Below, piece by piece: positions 1-8,967 of a stretch of 64,000 nucleotides of DNA (position 1 is its first letter; every line of letters begins with the position of its first letter). The stretch is from an uncultured Boseongicola sp. (GTDB lineage: Bacteria; Actinomycetota; Acidimicrobiia; Spongiisociales; ZC4RG35). Made by a program: the position numbers and the translations under genes. Where the stretch lies: the NCBI GenBank assembly GCA_964194555.1, contig CAXMMT010000031.1:1338-65337 (forward strand). The letters are read 5' to 3'. The notes under the pieces were generated by a model. That model did not search any database. It was given only the letters and a program-made list of their open reading frames with translations, and had not been told where the DNA came from.

Positions 1-570
1 GCGCCGATGCTCGGACCCAGGAACTGGCCGACCTCCCACCACCCCGACCGGATCACGGCGCCTGCCATAGGGAGCAGGATGCGCATGTAGAGCAACCAGA
101 CCGGGTACCACGCACCCGTGGGCCGGCCGAACTCGACCATGCCCACCATGCCACCGGGTCGGACAACCCGGACCAGCTCGTCCAGGCATCGCGACACATC
201 GTCTACATAACGCAGCAAGTATCCGAAGGTGACGCCATCGAAGGTGTGATCGGCAAATGGCAGCCGTTCCGCAGTCGCCAACACGGTCGCAGCGCCGCGT
301 CGCTTTGCCATCTGTGTCATCTCTCTGCTCTGATCGACCGAGAGCACATTGAGGCCGCGTGACTCCAACAGCCGGGTAATCGAACCCGTTCCTGCCGCGA
401 CATCAAGCACCCGAGATCCAGGCGAAAGACCAAGCCCATCCACCATCGCCTGTCTCCACCGGGCGTCCTGGCCCATGCTCAGCAGCCGGGCCCAACGCTC
501 ATACGTTGGGGCGATAGGAGCGAAGAGTTCCCTGGCCAACTTCGGGGGCGAGGTCGTGTTGCCATCCACA
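1..570 (-). CDS. class I SAM-dependent methyltransferase (UbiE/MenG-like); 3' end runs off the window
   Basis: Manual minus-strand translation; it is not in the ORF track because there is no stop in the window. It reads ELFAPIAPTYERWARLLSMGQDARWRQAMVDGLGLSPGSRVLDVAAGTGSITRLL...AERLPFADHTFDGVTFGYLLRYVDD...VRPGG, where VLDVAAGTG is SAM-binding motif I. Start set at the in-frame GTG at 570 (TTG at 582 is an alternative). An in-frame TAA lies just upstream. Confidence 0.7.
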
Positions 571-877
571 ATGCTGTCCAATCTACGGGCACCAGCAGCT
601 TCGCGGTTTTTCCAACACGCAAAGAGCGCCGAGGCATCTGATAGGGCTTAGGGGGTGCTGCGGGGATGTGGTTTCGTAGCATTGCAGGAGTCCCGGATGG
701 GCTGGCTCTCGAGCAACCAGTATTTGGCCTCGGTTAGCGTCTGAAACAGGTACGCGGCCCGGCCGCGAAACATTCCAGCCTTTTGACCAACTACGCAGAC
801 ACACATGGGCGTAGTTTCGGCGGCCCTTTTGAGTGGTCACGGCCTGCTCCCGCTACTAAAGGGTCTGGGCATAGGAG

Positions 878-1552
878 GTGCCTCTCCTAAGGCCTTCGGG
901 TCGTGTTCCCGGTGGCCTCGCCGATCCGCGTCCGCTTCGCGACAGAGGCAACACTCTGGTCGGCGGGGATGAGAGCGCCCTCCGAGTACATGTCCTACCA
1001 ACACTGGGAGATCGAAGGATCGGCTCACTAACCCCAGGCGACATACATAGCTTGGTAAGTGAGTGGTCAGTACGGATGGCACCTCGGACCGTTCGTCGTA
1101 CCTACGGGGCCGTAAGGGCCGCGCTCAATTATGCAATCGCATCCGATCTGCCTCAGTATCCCCCGGGAACTGGCGAGCATCCTGAGTGCTCATCTGACCC
1201 ATCGAGAACTCACAGGCGCCGAACCCGACGCCCTCCTGTTTCAAACCGGACGGACAAACCTCTGGACTACTCGAATTGGAGGAGACGCGTCTGGCTGCCT
1301 GCGGTCGAATCGGCGGGCCTGAACGGTCTCGGGTTCCACGATCTGAGACGAACCAACGCGACAGCGATGGTCCTCGACGGCGTGGACATGAAGACGGCAC
1401 AGACACGCCTCGGGCACTCTGACCCTTGTCTCACGTTGGCTATCTACGCACAGGCGACGAGGGAGGGAGACCGGCTGGCGGCCGACAAGCTTGGCACCAG
1501 GCTGATGACATCGAGCTCTGACTATCTCGCAACCGAATTGACGGGTTCGTAG
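878..1552 (+). pseudogene. tyrosine recombinase / phage-type integrase remnant (frameshifted, internally deleted)
   Basis: ORF 878..1552 holds an N-terminal core-binding-like segment (LTPGDIHSLVSEWSVRMAPRTVRRTYGAVRAALNYAI). It also holds the catalytic C-terminus (GFHDLRRTNATAMVLDGVDMKTAQTRLGHSD...LAIYAQA). The middle part (IPRELASILSAHLTHRELTGAEPDALLFQTGR) is in another frame (ORF 1131..1322), and the box-I Arg region seems absent. The gene lies about 130 bp from the 3' end of tRNA-Pro. Confidence 0.7.
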
Positions 1553-1603
1553 CAGTCAGGGGTAGACGGTGAGATGCGATCTCCGCGCTGTGCTCGCATG
1601 GGT

Positions 1604-1625
1604 AACGCGGGATAAACGCGGGATA
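1604..1625. repeat. perfect tandem duplication of an 11-bp unit AACGCGGGATA
   Basis: Read directly: ggtAACGCGGGATAAACGCGGGATAgatcg, between the integrase remnant and the tRNA. Confidence 0.9.
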
Positions 1626-1644
1626 GATCGAAAGTAGTCCTGGC

Positions 1645-1668
1645 CAGAGCCCTGCTGTCAGAGCCCTG
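1645..1668. repeat. direct repeat CAGAGCCCTG-ctgt-CAGAGCCCTG
   Basis: Read directly, about 17 bp from the tRNA-Pro 3' end. Could be arm-type recombinase sites or an att scar. Confidence 0.85.
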
Positions 1669-1684
1669 ACCTGGTGTTTCTGAG

Positions 1685-1758
1685 TCGGGACGGCCGGATT
1701 CGAACCGACGACCTCAGCGTCCCGAACGCTGCGCGCTACCAAGCTGCGCCACGTCCCG
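1685..1758 (-). tRNA. tRNA-Pro (anticodon CGG)
   Basis: 74-nt cloverleaf folded by hand. Acceptor CGGGACG/CGTCCCG, D stem GCGC/GCGC, anticodon stem CAGCG/CGCTG, loop TTCGGGA (anticodon CGG), T arm GTCGG-TTCGAAT-CCGGC, discriminator A. No encoded CCA. Confidence 0.95.
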
Positions 1759-1810
1759 ATCTGGGGCAATGTTAGGCGTCGTCATGTGCGATACCTACTT
1801 GGCGGTCTGG

Positions 1811-2818
1811 CTAAAGGAGCAGCTCGGCGATCTGGATGGCGTTCAGAGCCGCGCCTTTGCGCAAATTGTCCCCCACAACCCAAAAATTGATCCCACCTGG
1901 CTCGCCCAGGGTCTCGCGAATCCGCCCCACCAGCACGTCATCGAGCCCTGCGCTGTCCAGCGGCGTCGGTGTCATGTCATTCCAGACGGACAAGCCGGGG
2001 GCCGAGTCAAGGATCGAGCCGGCTTCCTCTGAGCTCAGAGGTCTTTCAAAACGAAGTGTTGCCGCCAGACCATGACCCACCAACACCGGCACCCGAACAC
2101 ATGTCGGCTCCACAGCCAAATCGGGAATGTCCAGGATCTTGCGAGACTCGCGGACCAGCTTCATCTCCTCGTCGGTGTAACCGCCATCCACCTCGGACCC
2201 GGCAAAGGGAAGGACGTTGTAGCCGATGGGCCGCTCATACAACTCGGGCTTCGGATCGGTCCAACCCCCTTGCATCATCTCTACGAGAGCTGACTCGAGA
2301 CGCCGGTTTTGGCTCATCAACTCCTCAACACCCTGCTGACCCGAACCGGAAACCGATTGATACGACGACGCCACGATCGAGATGAGACCCGCAGCCTCGT
2401 GTAACGGCCCGGCGGCCATCATCAGGGTCATCGTGGTGCAGTTGGGGTTGGCAATGATCCCGTTGTGCTGGCCTGCCGCCTCATCGTTTACCTGGGCCAC
2501 CACTAGAGGAACATCGGGGTCCATCCGGAACGCCGACGAGTTGTCGATTACCACCGATCCGCTCTCGACGAATCGTTTGGCATGCTCCAATGATCGATCC
2601 GCGCCGGCAGAGAAGAGGGCAATGTCGATTCCCGATGGGTCCGCCGTGGCCAGATCTTCCACCTCGAGATCGCCCCATCGGGTCGAAAGGGTCTGCCCGG
2701 CCGAGCGATACGACGCCATCAACCTGACGTCCGATGCGAGAACGTTGCGCTCCTCCAGGATGGAGAGCATGGTCCTCCCCACAGCGCCGGTGGCACCAAC
2801 GATGGCGACGTTGGTCAA
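1811..2818 (-). CDS. asd: aspartate-semialdehyde dehydrogenase
   Basis: 335 aa. N-terminal Rossmann motif VAIVGATGAVG and an NPNCTT active-site Cys region. The TTG start overlaps the stop of the upstream aspartokinase (TTGA), the classic ask-asd operon arrangement. Confidence 0.95.
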   Translation of the reverse strand: MTNVAIVGATGAVGRTMLSILEERNVLASDVRLMASYRSAGQTLSTRWGDLEVEDLATADPSGIDIALFSAGADRSLEHAKRFVESGSVVIDNSSAFRMDPDVPLVVAQVNDEAAGQHNGIIANPNCTTMTLMMAAGPLHEAAGLISIVASSYQSVSGSGQQGVEELMSQNRRLESALVEMMQGGWTDPKPELYERPIGYNVLPFAGSEVDGGYTDEEMKLVRESRKILDIPDLAVEPTCVRVPVLVGHGLAATLRFERPLSSEEAGSILDSAPGLSVWNDMTPTPLDSAGLDDVLVGRIRETLGEPGGINFWVVGDNLRKGAALNAIQIAELLL

Positions 2819-3795
2819 GATGTGGTCTCCGATCTGAACAATTCCTCGTGAATAGAACGAACCGCGTCATCGATACGTTCGATGGGAACCTCGACACGTG
2901 CAAATCGGTCACCCGTGCCCAACACGGACGACGCTATGCCCGAGTCGCCGAGAGCGCTAGCGACCCGTTTGGTGGCCTGAGCCGCCCCGCTTCCAACAAT
3001 CGTGATCACACCCGCCCCATCTTCGAGGTCGGTGGCGATCCCCACAACGTCTCGACCTTGGGCATCGGTAACCACCCACGTGCCCGGCTCGTCAGTGAAC
3101 GAGGACCTCACATGGACGCGAACCCCGTTGGCCCGGGCATGCTCAACGGAATGAGGCATGAGAATGGAAGCCCCTCCCCCAGCCAGAACCAGCATGTCCT
3201 CGTAACTGACCGCCTCGATCCGAAGTGCGTCGGGAACCACCCGAGGGTCGGCGCTGAACACTCCGGCGACATCGGTCAGGATCTCGCAGGCTTCGGCATC
3301 GAGGCTCGCTGCAAGAGCCACAGCCGTCGTATCCGAGCCGCCCCTGCCCAGCGTCGTGATCTCACGGCTGTCGGGATCCACGCCCTGAAAGCCAGCGACG
3401 ATGACCACCTTGCCATCGGAAATCGACTCCCTGACCCGCTCGGCAGTAATTCCCGTTATGCGTGCTCCGCCATGAGAGGAGTCGGTGAGGATGCCTGCCT
3501 GCGATCCGGTGTAGCTAACGGCATCGATACCGCGGTCATGAAGGGCCATGGCGAGAAGCGCCATGGTGATGCGCTCACCGGCCGTCAGAAGCATGTCCAT
3601 CTCTCGTGGAGTGGGATTCGACGTGATCTCAGAAGCAAGGGAAACCAGACGATCGGTCGTTTGGCCCATGGCCGAAACGACGACAACGAGGTCGTGGCCC
3701 GAAGCGCGCGTATCCCGCACGCGATCAGCTACTGCCTGAATGCGAGACGGGTCGGCTACCGAAGATCCGCCGTACTTCTGCACTACTACCGACAT
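2815..3795 (-). CDS. lysC: aspartate kinase (short form, single ACT-like domain)
   Basis: MSVVVQKYGGSSVADPSRI...VVVVSAMGQTTDRL...GRGGSDTTAVALA are kinase-fold signatures. Start moved to the ATG at 3795; the track start at 3900 adds 35 aa that do not look conserved. Confidence 0.9.
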   Translation of the reverse strand: MSVVVQKYGGSSVADPSRIQAVADRVRDTRASGHDLVVVVSAMGQTTDRLVSLASEITSNPTPREMDMLLTAGERITMALLAMALHDRGIDAVSYTGSQAGILTDSSHGGARITGITAERVRESISDGKVVIVAGFQGVDPDSREITTLGRGGSDTTAVALAASLDAEACEILTDVAGVFSADPRVVPDALRIEAVSYEDMLVLAGGGASILMPHSVEHARANGVRVHVRSSFTDEPGTWVVTDAQGRDVVGIATDLEDGAGVITIVGSGAAQATKRVASALGDSGIASSVLGTGDRFARVEVPIERIDDAVRSIHEELFRSETTS

Positions 3796-3882
3796 AACGC
3801 CCTTAGTTTGCAGTGTTGAGTCGTCCAATACGAGACATTGTCTGGGTGGTTGGACATGAACCAAGCCTAAAGTCGCCCAGCC

Positions 3883-4674
3883 ATGTCCGACCGGAGACAA
3901 CGCCAGAAAGAGCAGCGCGCTGCCAAGCGCGAGACGGAGAAAAAGCAGGCAGCCCGCAAAGAGTTGGGACGTCGTCTCGCAACAGCGATGGGTTTTGGGC
4001 TAGTCGTCGTGACCGTCTTTGCCCTCAGCGGGGCCTTCTCTGGCGACAGCACCGACCTACCGAGATCCTATGAGGGCTTTCGCTCTCAGCCGACGGCCTG
4101 TGGGGCAGACCAGCCGCCCGCGGAGAGAATCATGTCCTTTGAGGCCCCCGAGACACAAAGCGACATCACTTCAACCAGCAATGTGACCGCCACCATGGCC
4201 ACCTCGTGCGGGGACATCGTCATGGAGCTAGACCCGGCGACCTCCCCGGAGACGGTGAACTCTTTCGTCTTCCTGGCCCGTGAAGGATTTTTCGACGGTC
4301 AGGTCTTTCACCGGATAGCCGAAGGTTTCGTCATTCAGGGAGGAGACCCGGAGGCGAACGGAACGGGTGGACCCGGATACATCATCGCCGACGAGTTCCC
4401 CACCGCGCCCGACTTCATCTACGAAGTCGGCTCCGTTGCCATGGCGAACCGAGGCGCCCGGAGCACCGGCTCCCAGTTCTTCTTCGTCATCGGCGAGGAT
4501 GCTCGCCATCTGACGTCGAACTTCAACGTTCTCGGCAAGGTGCTGTCCGGCCAGGACGCATTGGAAAGAATGGAGCAGGTCCCGAAAGGGGTCCTACCCG
4601 GATCAGTCGAGGAGAGCCTGCCTCTCGAGACGGTGTACATCGAGTCGGTAACCATCGACGTAACCGATTCTTGA
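3883..4674 (+). CDS. membrane-anchored cyclophilin-type peptidyl-prolyl cis-trans isomerase
   Basis: Basic N-terminus plus one TM helix (GFGLVVVTVFALSGAF), then a cyclophilin core (FHRIAEGFVIQGGDPEANGTGGPGY...ANRGARSTGSQFFF). Confidence 0.9.
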   Translation: MSDRRQRQKEQRAAKRETEKKQAARKELGRRLATAMGFGLVVVTVFALSGAFSGDSTDLPRSYEGFRSQPTACGADQPPAERIMSFEAPETQSDITSTSNVTATMATSCGDIVMELDPATSPETVNSFVFLAREGFFDGQVFHRIAEGFVIQGGDPEANGTGGPGYIIADEFPTAPDFIYEVGSVAMANRGARSTGSQFFFVIGEDARHLTSNFNVLGKVLSGQDALERMEQVPKGVLPGSVEESLPLETVYIESVTIDVTDS

Positions 4675-4709
4675 CGGCCCCGGCAGCCATCATCGGGGCT
4701 GAATAACCC

Positions 4710-5558
4710 ATGGCCGTTGATCTTCACTCCCACTCCATCGCCTCCGATGGCTCGGACAAACCAGCCCACCTCGTGACGCTCGCCCTCGAAAAAGGACTCA
4801 GCGCCCTTGCTCTGACCGATCACGACACCCAAGAAGGAGTCGCCGAAGCAAGGAGTGCAGCCACCGGGAGCGACTTGGAACTGATCCCGGGGACCGAGTT
4901 GTCACTCGCCTACGACACCGGTGGCATGCATCTGGTGGTTCTCTGGCTGGAACCGGGACCAGGCCCTCTTCAGGATCGCCTGGGAGAACTTCAGGGCGGC
5001 CGGGAGCAACGCAACGAAGGGATAGTGAGGATCCTCACTGATGCCGGGATGCCGATCGACATCTCCGAGGTTCTCGAAGAAGCGGCGGGAGGAAGCGTGG
5101 GACGTCCACACATCGCCACTGTGATGGTCGCGAAGGGGTATGTGCCGGATCTCGAGACCGCTTTCGACGAGTGGCTCGGCAGCGGAAAGCCGGCCTATGT
5201 GGGCAGGCCACGGCTGAATGCTGAAGATGCCATCGTCCTGGCGCGACAATCAGGGGCCGTGCCCGTCCTGGCCCATCCTCACACTCTCGGAATCAGCCGT
5301 GCAGCCGACATGGCCGACCTGCTTACCCCGCTTCAAGAGGCGGGACTGGTCGGATTGGAGGCGATCTACTCCAGCTACCACCGACATGAGAGGGAGGGCT
5401 ACGCCGATCTGGCTCGTCGATTTGGGCTGATTCCCTCGGGTGGCAGCGACTACCACGGAACCTACAAACAGGGGCTCGAGGTGGGCATCGGATACGGCGA
5501 TCTCGTCGTGCCCGACTCGACGGTCGAAGAGTTGCGGAGCTACGCAGGGGAGGCATGA
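4710..5558 (+). CDS. PHP-domain phosphoesterase (TrpH/YciV-like)
   Basis: N-terminal DLHSHSIASDGS metal-binding motif followed by LTDHDT. ATGA overlap with the downstream murJ. Confidence 0.8.
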   Translation: MAVDLHSHSIASDGSDKPAHLVTLALEKGLSALALTDHDTQEGVAEARSAATGSDLELIPGTELSLAYDTGGMHLVVLWLEPGPGPLQDRLGELQGGREQRNEGIVRILTDAGMPIDISEVLEEAAGGSVGRPHIATVMVAKGYVPDLETAFDEWLGSGKPAYVGRPRLNAEDAIVLARQSGAVPVLAHPHTLGISRAADMADLLTPLQEAGLVGLEAIYSSYHRHEREGYADLARRFGLIPSGGSDYHGTYKQGLEVGIGYGDLVVPDSTVEELRSYAGEA

Positions 5559-7087
5559 GCCGCCCACTCCGCATGGGGACCGCCGCTGCGGTCGTCGCCG
5601 GAAGTGTCCTGCTGTCCCGGATTCTTGGCCTGGGACGGGAGGCTCTCCTAGCCGGAATGTTCGGTGTCACCACAGAAGGTGACCTCTACAGACAGGCGTT
5701 CCTACTCCCCGATTTCCTCAACTACCTGTTAGCAGGCGCCTACCTGACGATCACTCTGATCCCCATACTCAGTCGTCACCTCGAGCGAGGCGACTCGGAA
5801 GGAGCGAGCCGGGCGTTCACCTCGATATTCCGATTCGTGGGTATTGGCATCGTCGCCCTCACCATGTTGATGTGGGTGTTTGCCGACCAGCTCGTCTCGC
5901 TGATCTTCCCCGAAGTCGTCGAGAATCACGACCGTCTGGTGTCGATGACACGCCTTGTTCTTCCTGCCCAGGTGTTCCTGGTGGTTGGCGCCCTGCTGAT
6001 GGCCGTTCAATACACCCACCGACGATTCGTCTACCCGGCTCTCGCTCCACTCATCTACAACGCGGCAATCATCGCCGGCGGCTTGATAGGAGCCGCAGTC
6101 AGCGATCCGTCGCCCGAGTCATTTCTCTGGGGAGCTGTCGTTGGTTCGGTCGTGGGCAACTTCGGTCTGCAGTGGATAGGGGCTCGCCGCACCGGAACCT
6201 GGTTGATGCGGCCCGTCCGCGGTGAGTCGTCGGTCGGGGAGTATCTGATACTCGCTCTGCCTCTGATGATCGGGCAGTCGGTGGCCGTGCTCGACGAACA
6301 GTTCGTGCGCTTCTTCGGGCAGGTCGAGGAGGGGACAACCTCTGCGCTGTCCTTCGCAAGACAACTCAACATGGTTCCCGTCGGGGTGATAGCCCAGGCT
6401 GCTGGAGTCGCGGCCTACCCGTTCCTGGCCCGACTGGCCGCGAAGGAGGATCACGACGGGCTGGTGGCGGCAACGGGGCGGGCCGCCCGCAACACCGTAT
6501 TCATCGCATTTGGAGCCACGGCTGCTCTGATCGTCCTCGCGCGACCGCTGGTGCGTCTCCTGTTCCAGTACGGTGCCTTCACGGCCGAGGATTCGGCCCT
6601 TGTCGCCAGTCTGCTGACAATCTATGCCTTCTCGATACCGGCATGGGGGCTCCATCAGATCCTTGCCAGGCACTTCTACGCAAGACGGAAGATGTGGACA
6701 CCAGTGCTCATAGGGACCGTGTTCTCGCTGATCGCAATTCCCTCCTGGCTGGGTCTCTATTCGGTGTTCGGCGTAAAGGGTTTCGCCCTCGCCTCGACGT
6801 TGGTAGTGACCGGTTACGCAATCGGCATGCTGGTTGCCTGGGGTTACGACGCCGGTTGGGCAGCGGTTCGCCGACTAGTCCCGTCACTGATTCGAGGACT
6901 CGTCGCAGCGGCGGCCGCCACGCTCATATCGCTTCCGCTGGTGAATGCACTCTTCGCAGAAGAGCTGACGATCTGGATGGGCCTGGGCGCGGCCTTGGTT
7001 GGCGGGCTCACCACACTCGCAGCCTTTCTCGGGGTCGCCCGACTCCTCCGCTCTCCGGAGTTGCGAGAGATCACACGACGCGGTTGA
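5555..7087 (+). CDS. murJ: lipid II flippase MurJ/MviN
   Basis: 510 aa, polytopic. N-terminus SRILGLGREALLAGMFG...DLYRQAFLLPDFLNYLLAGA is typical of the MurJ family. Confidence 0.85.
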   Translation: MSRPLRMGTAAAVVAGSVLLSRILGLGREALLAGMFGVTTEGDLYRQAFLLPDFLNYLLAGAYLTITLIPILSRHLERGDSEGASRAFTSIFRFVGIGIVALTMLMWVFADQLVSLIFPEVVENHDRLVSMTRLVLPAQVFLVVGALLMAVQYTHRRFVYPALAPLIYNAAIIAGGLIGAAVSDPSPESFLWGAVVGSVVGNFGLQWIGARRTGTWLMRPVRGESSVGEYLILALPLMIGQSVAVLDEQFVRFFGQVEEGTTSALSFARQLNMVPVGVIAQAAGVAAYPFLARLAAKEDHDGLVAATGRAARNTVFIAFGATAALIVLARPLVRLLFQYGAFTAEDSALVASLLTIYAFSIPAWGLHQILARHFYARRKMWTPVLIGTVFSLIAIPSWLGLYSVFGVKGFALASTLVVTGYAIGMLVAWGYDAGWAAVRRLVPSLIRGLVAAAAATLISLPLVNALFAEELTIWMGLGAALVGGLTTLAAFLGVARLLRSPELREITRRG

Positions 7088-7102
7088 AGCGGGTGCGCCG
7101 GT

Positions 7103-7309
7103 TTACAGACCGTCGGGGGCGACCACCTCGCGTGGCATGTTGGGCTCCTCGGGACTCAGGGCCCTCACCCACGCCGACAGACCGACAAAACCGTCAGATC
7201 CCCCCTGACGAGCGGTCTTCTCCTGGCGAAGGATCTGATGTATGACGACGGCGATAACCGCCGCCTCGAACTCGTCGGCGCCGCCCCTGATCTCGAACCC
7301 CTCAGTCAT
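7103..7309 (-). CDS. small protein resembling the acyl-CoA carboxylase epsilon subunit
   Basis: 68 aa with high GC3. FEIRGGADEFEAAVIAVVIHQIL matches the I-R/K-V-x-x-G-x-x-x-E-E-x-AA-x-x-AV pattern of AccE/PccE, and a later W-containing tail is present. Its start overlaps the mce stop by 8 nt. The context fits propionyl-/methylmalonyl-CoA metabolism. Confidence 0.4.
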   Translation of the reverse strand: MTEGFEIRGGADEFEAAVIAVVIHQILRQEKTARQGGSDGFVGLSAWVRALSPEEPNMPREVVAPDGL

Positions 7310-7712
7310 CAGCCAACTCCACCAACTCGATCAACGTCCCACCCAGGTCACCAGGGTGAACGAACGCGATTCGAGTCCCACGTCCACCAGAACGTGGCTC
7401 ACGGTCGATGAGACGGGCGCCATCGGCCTCCAGATGCTCCAGTGCCTTCTCGATGGAGACCACCGCGTAGGCGACATGATGAAGACCCTCGCCGTTATTG
7501 GACAAGAACTTGCCCACAGGGGTATCAGCGCCCAGGGGCTGCAACAACTGGACAAACGACCCACCAATAGGGATCATCGCCTCCTCGACACCCTGGTCCT
7601 CAACGGTCTCGCGATACAGGGGTTCGACGTTGTAACGCGATCGATAGCCGGCAAGCGCGGCGTCAAGATCATGCACGGCGATCGCCACGTGATCGAGGTT
7701 GAGCAGCTTCAC
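7302..7712 (-). CDS. mce: methylmalonyl-CoA epimerase (VOC/glyoxalase fold)
   Basis: 136 aa: LDHVAIAVHDLDAA...VEEAMIPIGGSFVQLLQPLG.DTPVGKFL...GEGLHHVAY.V. Confidence 0.85.
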   Translation of the reverse strand: MKLLNLDHVAIAVHDLDAALAGYRSRYNVEPLYRETVEDQGVEEAMIPIGGSFVQLLQPLGADTPVGKFLSNNGEGLHHVAYAVVSIEKALEHLEADGARLIDREPRSGGRGTRIAFVHPGDLGGTLIELVELADD

Positions 7713-7782
7713 CGGACTGAGGCTATTAGTGACAGATCAACCTGTCATCTCCGGACCGGTAGCATCATCACGAGGAGGTCTT

Positions 7783-8967
7783 GTGAAAAATTCAGTGATC
7801 ACCGGGATCGCTCGGACACCAATAGGTAGATACAACGGCGCCCTCAAGCCGTTGCGCGCCGTCGAACTCGGAGGCGTCGCCATCGCCGCCGCCGCTCAAC
7901 GAGCGCACGTCGATCCTGCCGACATCGACGAAGTCCTCTTCGGGCATGTGCTCCAGGCCGGTGAAGGCCAGATCACGGCACGTCAGGCAGCAGTCGAGGG
8001 CGGGTTGCCGATGACGGTTCCATCGGTGACAGTCAACAAGGTCTGTCTGTCCGGAATGTCCGCAATCGGGCTCGCCGACCGGGCCATCCGTCTTGGAGAG
8101 TCGACATTCGTGATGACAGGCGGCATGGAAAGCATGACCAACAGCCCTCATGTGGTTCGGGAACTGCGATGGGGGGCTCGCATCGGTAACGCCGAGTTGG
8201 TCGATGTGCTGGAGCATGACGGGCTCTTCTGCGCCTTCGACCAGTGCACCATGGGTGAGGCATCCGATCACAAGAACGACCGTCTCGGGATCAGCCGCGA
8301 AGAGCAAGACGAGTGGGCGGCGCGAAGCCACGAGAGAGCAGCCGAAGCGACTCGCAACGGCCAATTCGGTGCCGAAATAGCAGCCGTCACGGTGCCACAG
8401 CGGAAGAGCGAACCGCTGACCGTGGATGTTGATGAAGGGATCCGCGAGGACTCGACAGTCGAGTCGCTGGGGAACCTGGCACCGGCGTTCGTGTCAACCG
8501 GCACGATCACAGCCGGCAACGCCAGCCAGATTTCGGACGGCGCCGCCGCGGTGGTGGTTTCTGATCGCGATGCAGCCGAGGCGTCCGGTGCGCCCATCAT
8601 GGCTGAAATACTTGCTTACGGCCAGATCGGAGGTATCGATGCCACGCTGCACGAACGCCCGGCCGAGGCGCTGATGGTCGCTCTCAAGAAAGCGGGGATG
8701 GAGCCTTCCGATCTGGATCTGATCGAGATCAACGAGGCTTTTGCCGCTGTCTCACTCTGGTCGGCGCGAATGCTCGATGTCTCCGAGGACAAAGTGAACG
8801 TCAATGGCGGAGCCGTGGCACTCGGACATCCGTTGGGTGCCACCGGAGCCCGTCTTGTAGTTACCCTCATCAACGCCCTACGCCACCGAGGCGGAGGAAT
8901 AGGGGCAGCGACGCTGTGCGGTGGTGGCGGCCAGGGCGACGCGATCATCGTGAAGGTCAACGCATGA
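7783..8967 (+). CDS. acetyl-CoA C-acetyltransferase (thiolase)
   Basis: VITGIARTPIGRYNGAL, VNKVCLSGMSAI (active Cys) and a C-terminal NVNGGAVALGHPLGATGARL...CGGGGQG. Start moved to the GTG at 7783, which is preceded by AGGAGG at 7773-7778; the track start at 7699 would overlap mce. Confidence 0.9.
   Translation: MKNSVITGIARTPIGRYNGALKPLRAVELGGVAIAAAAQRAHVDPADIDEVLFGHVLQAGEGQITARQAAVEGGLPMTVPSVTVNKVCLSGMSAIGLADRAIRLGESTFVMTGGMESMTNSPHVVRELRWGARIGNAELVDVLEHDGLFCAFDQCTMGEASDHKNDRLGISREEQDEWAARSHERAAEATRNGQFGAEIAAVTVPQRKSEPLTVDVDEGIREDSTVESLGNLAPAFVSTGTITAGNASQISDGAAAVVVSDRDAAEASGAPIMAEILAYGQIGGIDATLHERPAEALMVALKKAGMEPSDLDLIEINEAFAAVSLWSARMLDVSEDKVNVNGGAVALGHPLGATGARLVVTLINALRHRGGGIGAATLCGGGGQGDAIIVKVNA

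Noticed and set aside
349-840. Track ORFs 349..651(+), 479..682(-) and 583..840(-)
   Set aside because: The first two overlap the methyltransferase gene in wrong frames or antisense. The third lies in the degraded region next to the integrase and has no motifs or RBS.
1-1600. Second copy of the tRNA-Pro 3' end (attL/attR pair) delimiting an island
   Set aside because: Only a very weak partial match (about 745-765) was seen by eye. It is not convincing without an alignment tool.
1602-1619. GTAACG-cggga-TAAACG, a possible sixth copy of the direct-repeat motif
   Set aside because: It is part of the 11-bp tandem duplication in the integrase/tRNA scar and lacks the TC prefix. There is no -10-like hexamer at +9, and no downstream plus-strand gene (the tRNA and asd are on the minus strand).
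2734-3819. 361-aa plus-strand ORF opposite the aspartokinase gene
   Set aside because: Same reasoning. The minus strand gives an unmistakable aspartokinase and the plus frame is low-complexity.
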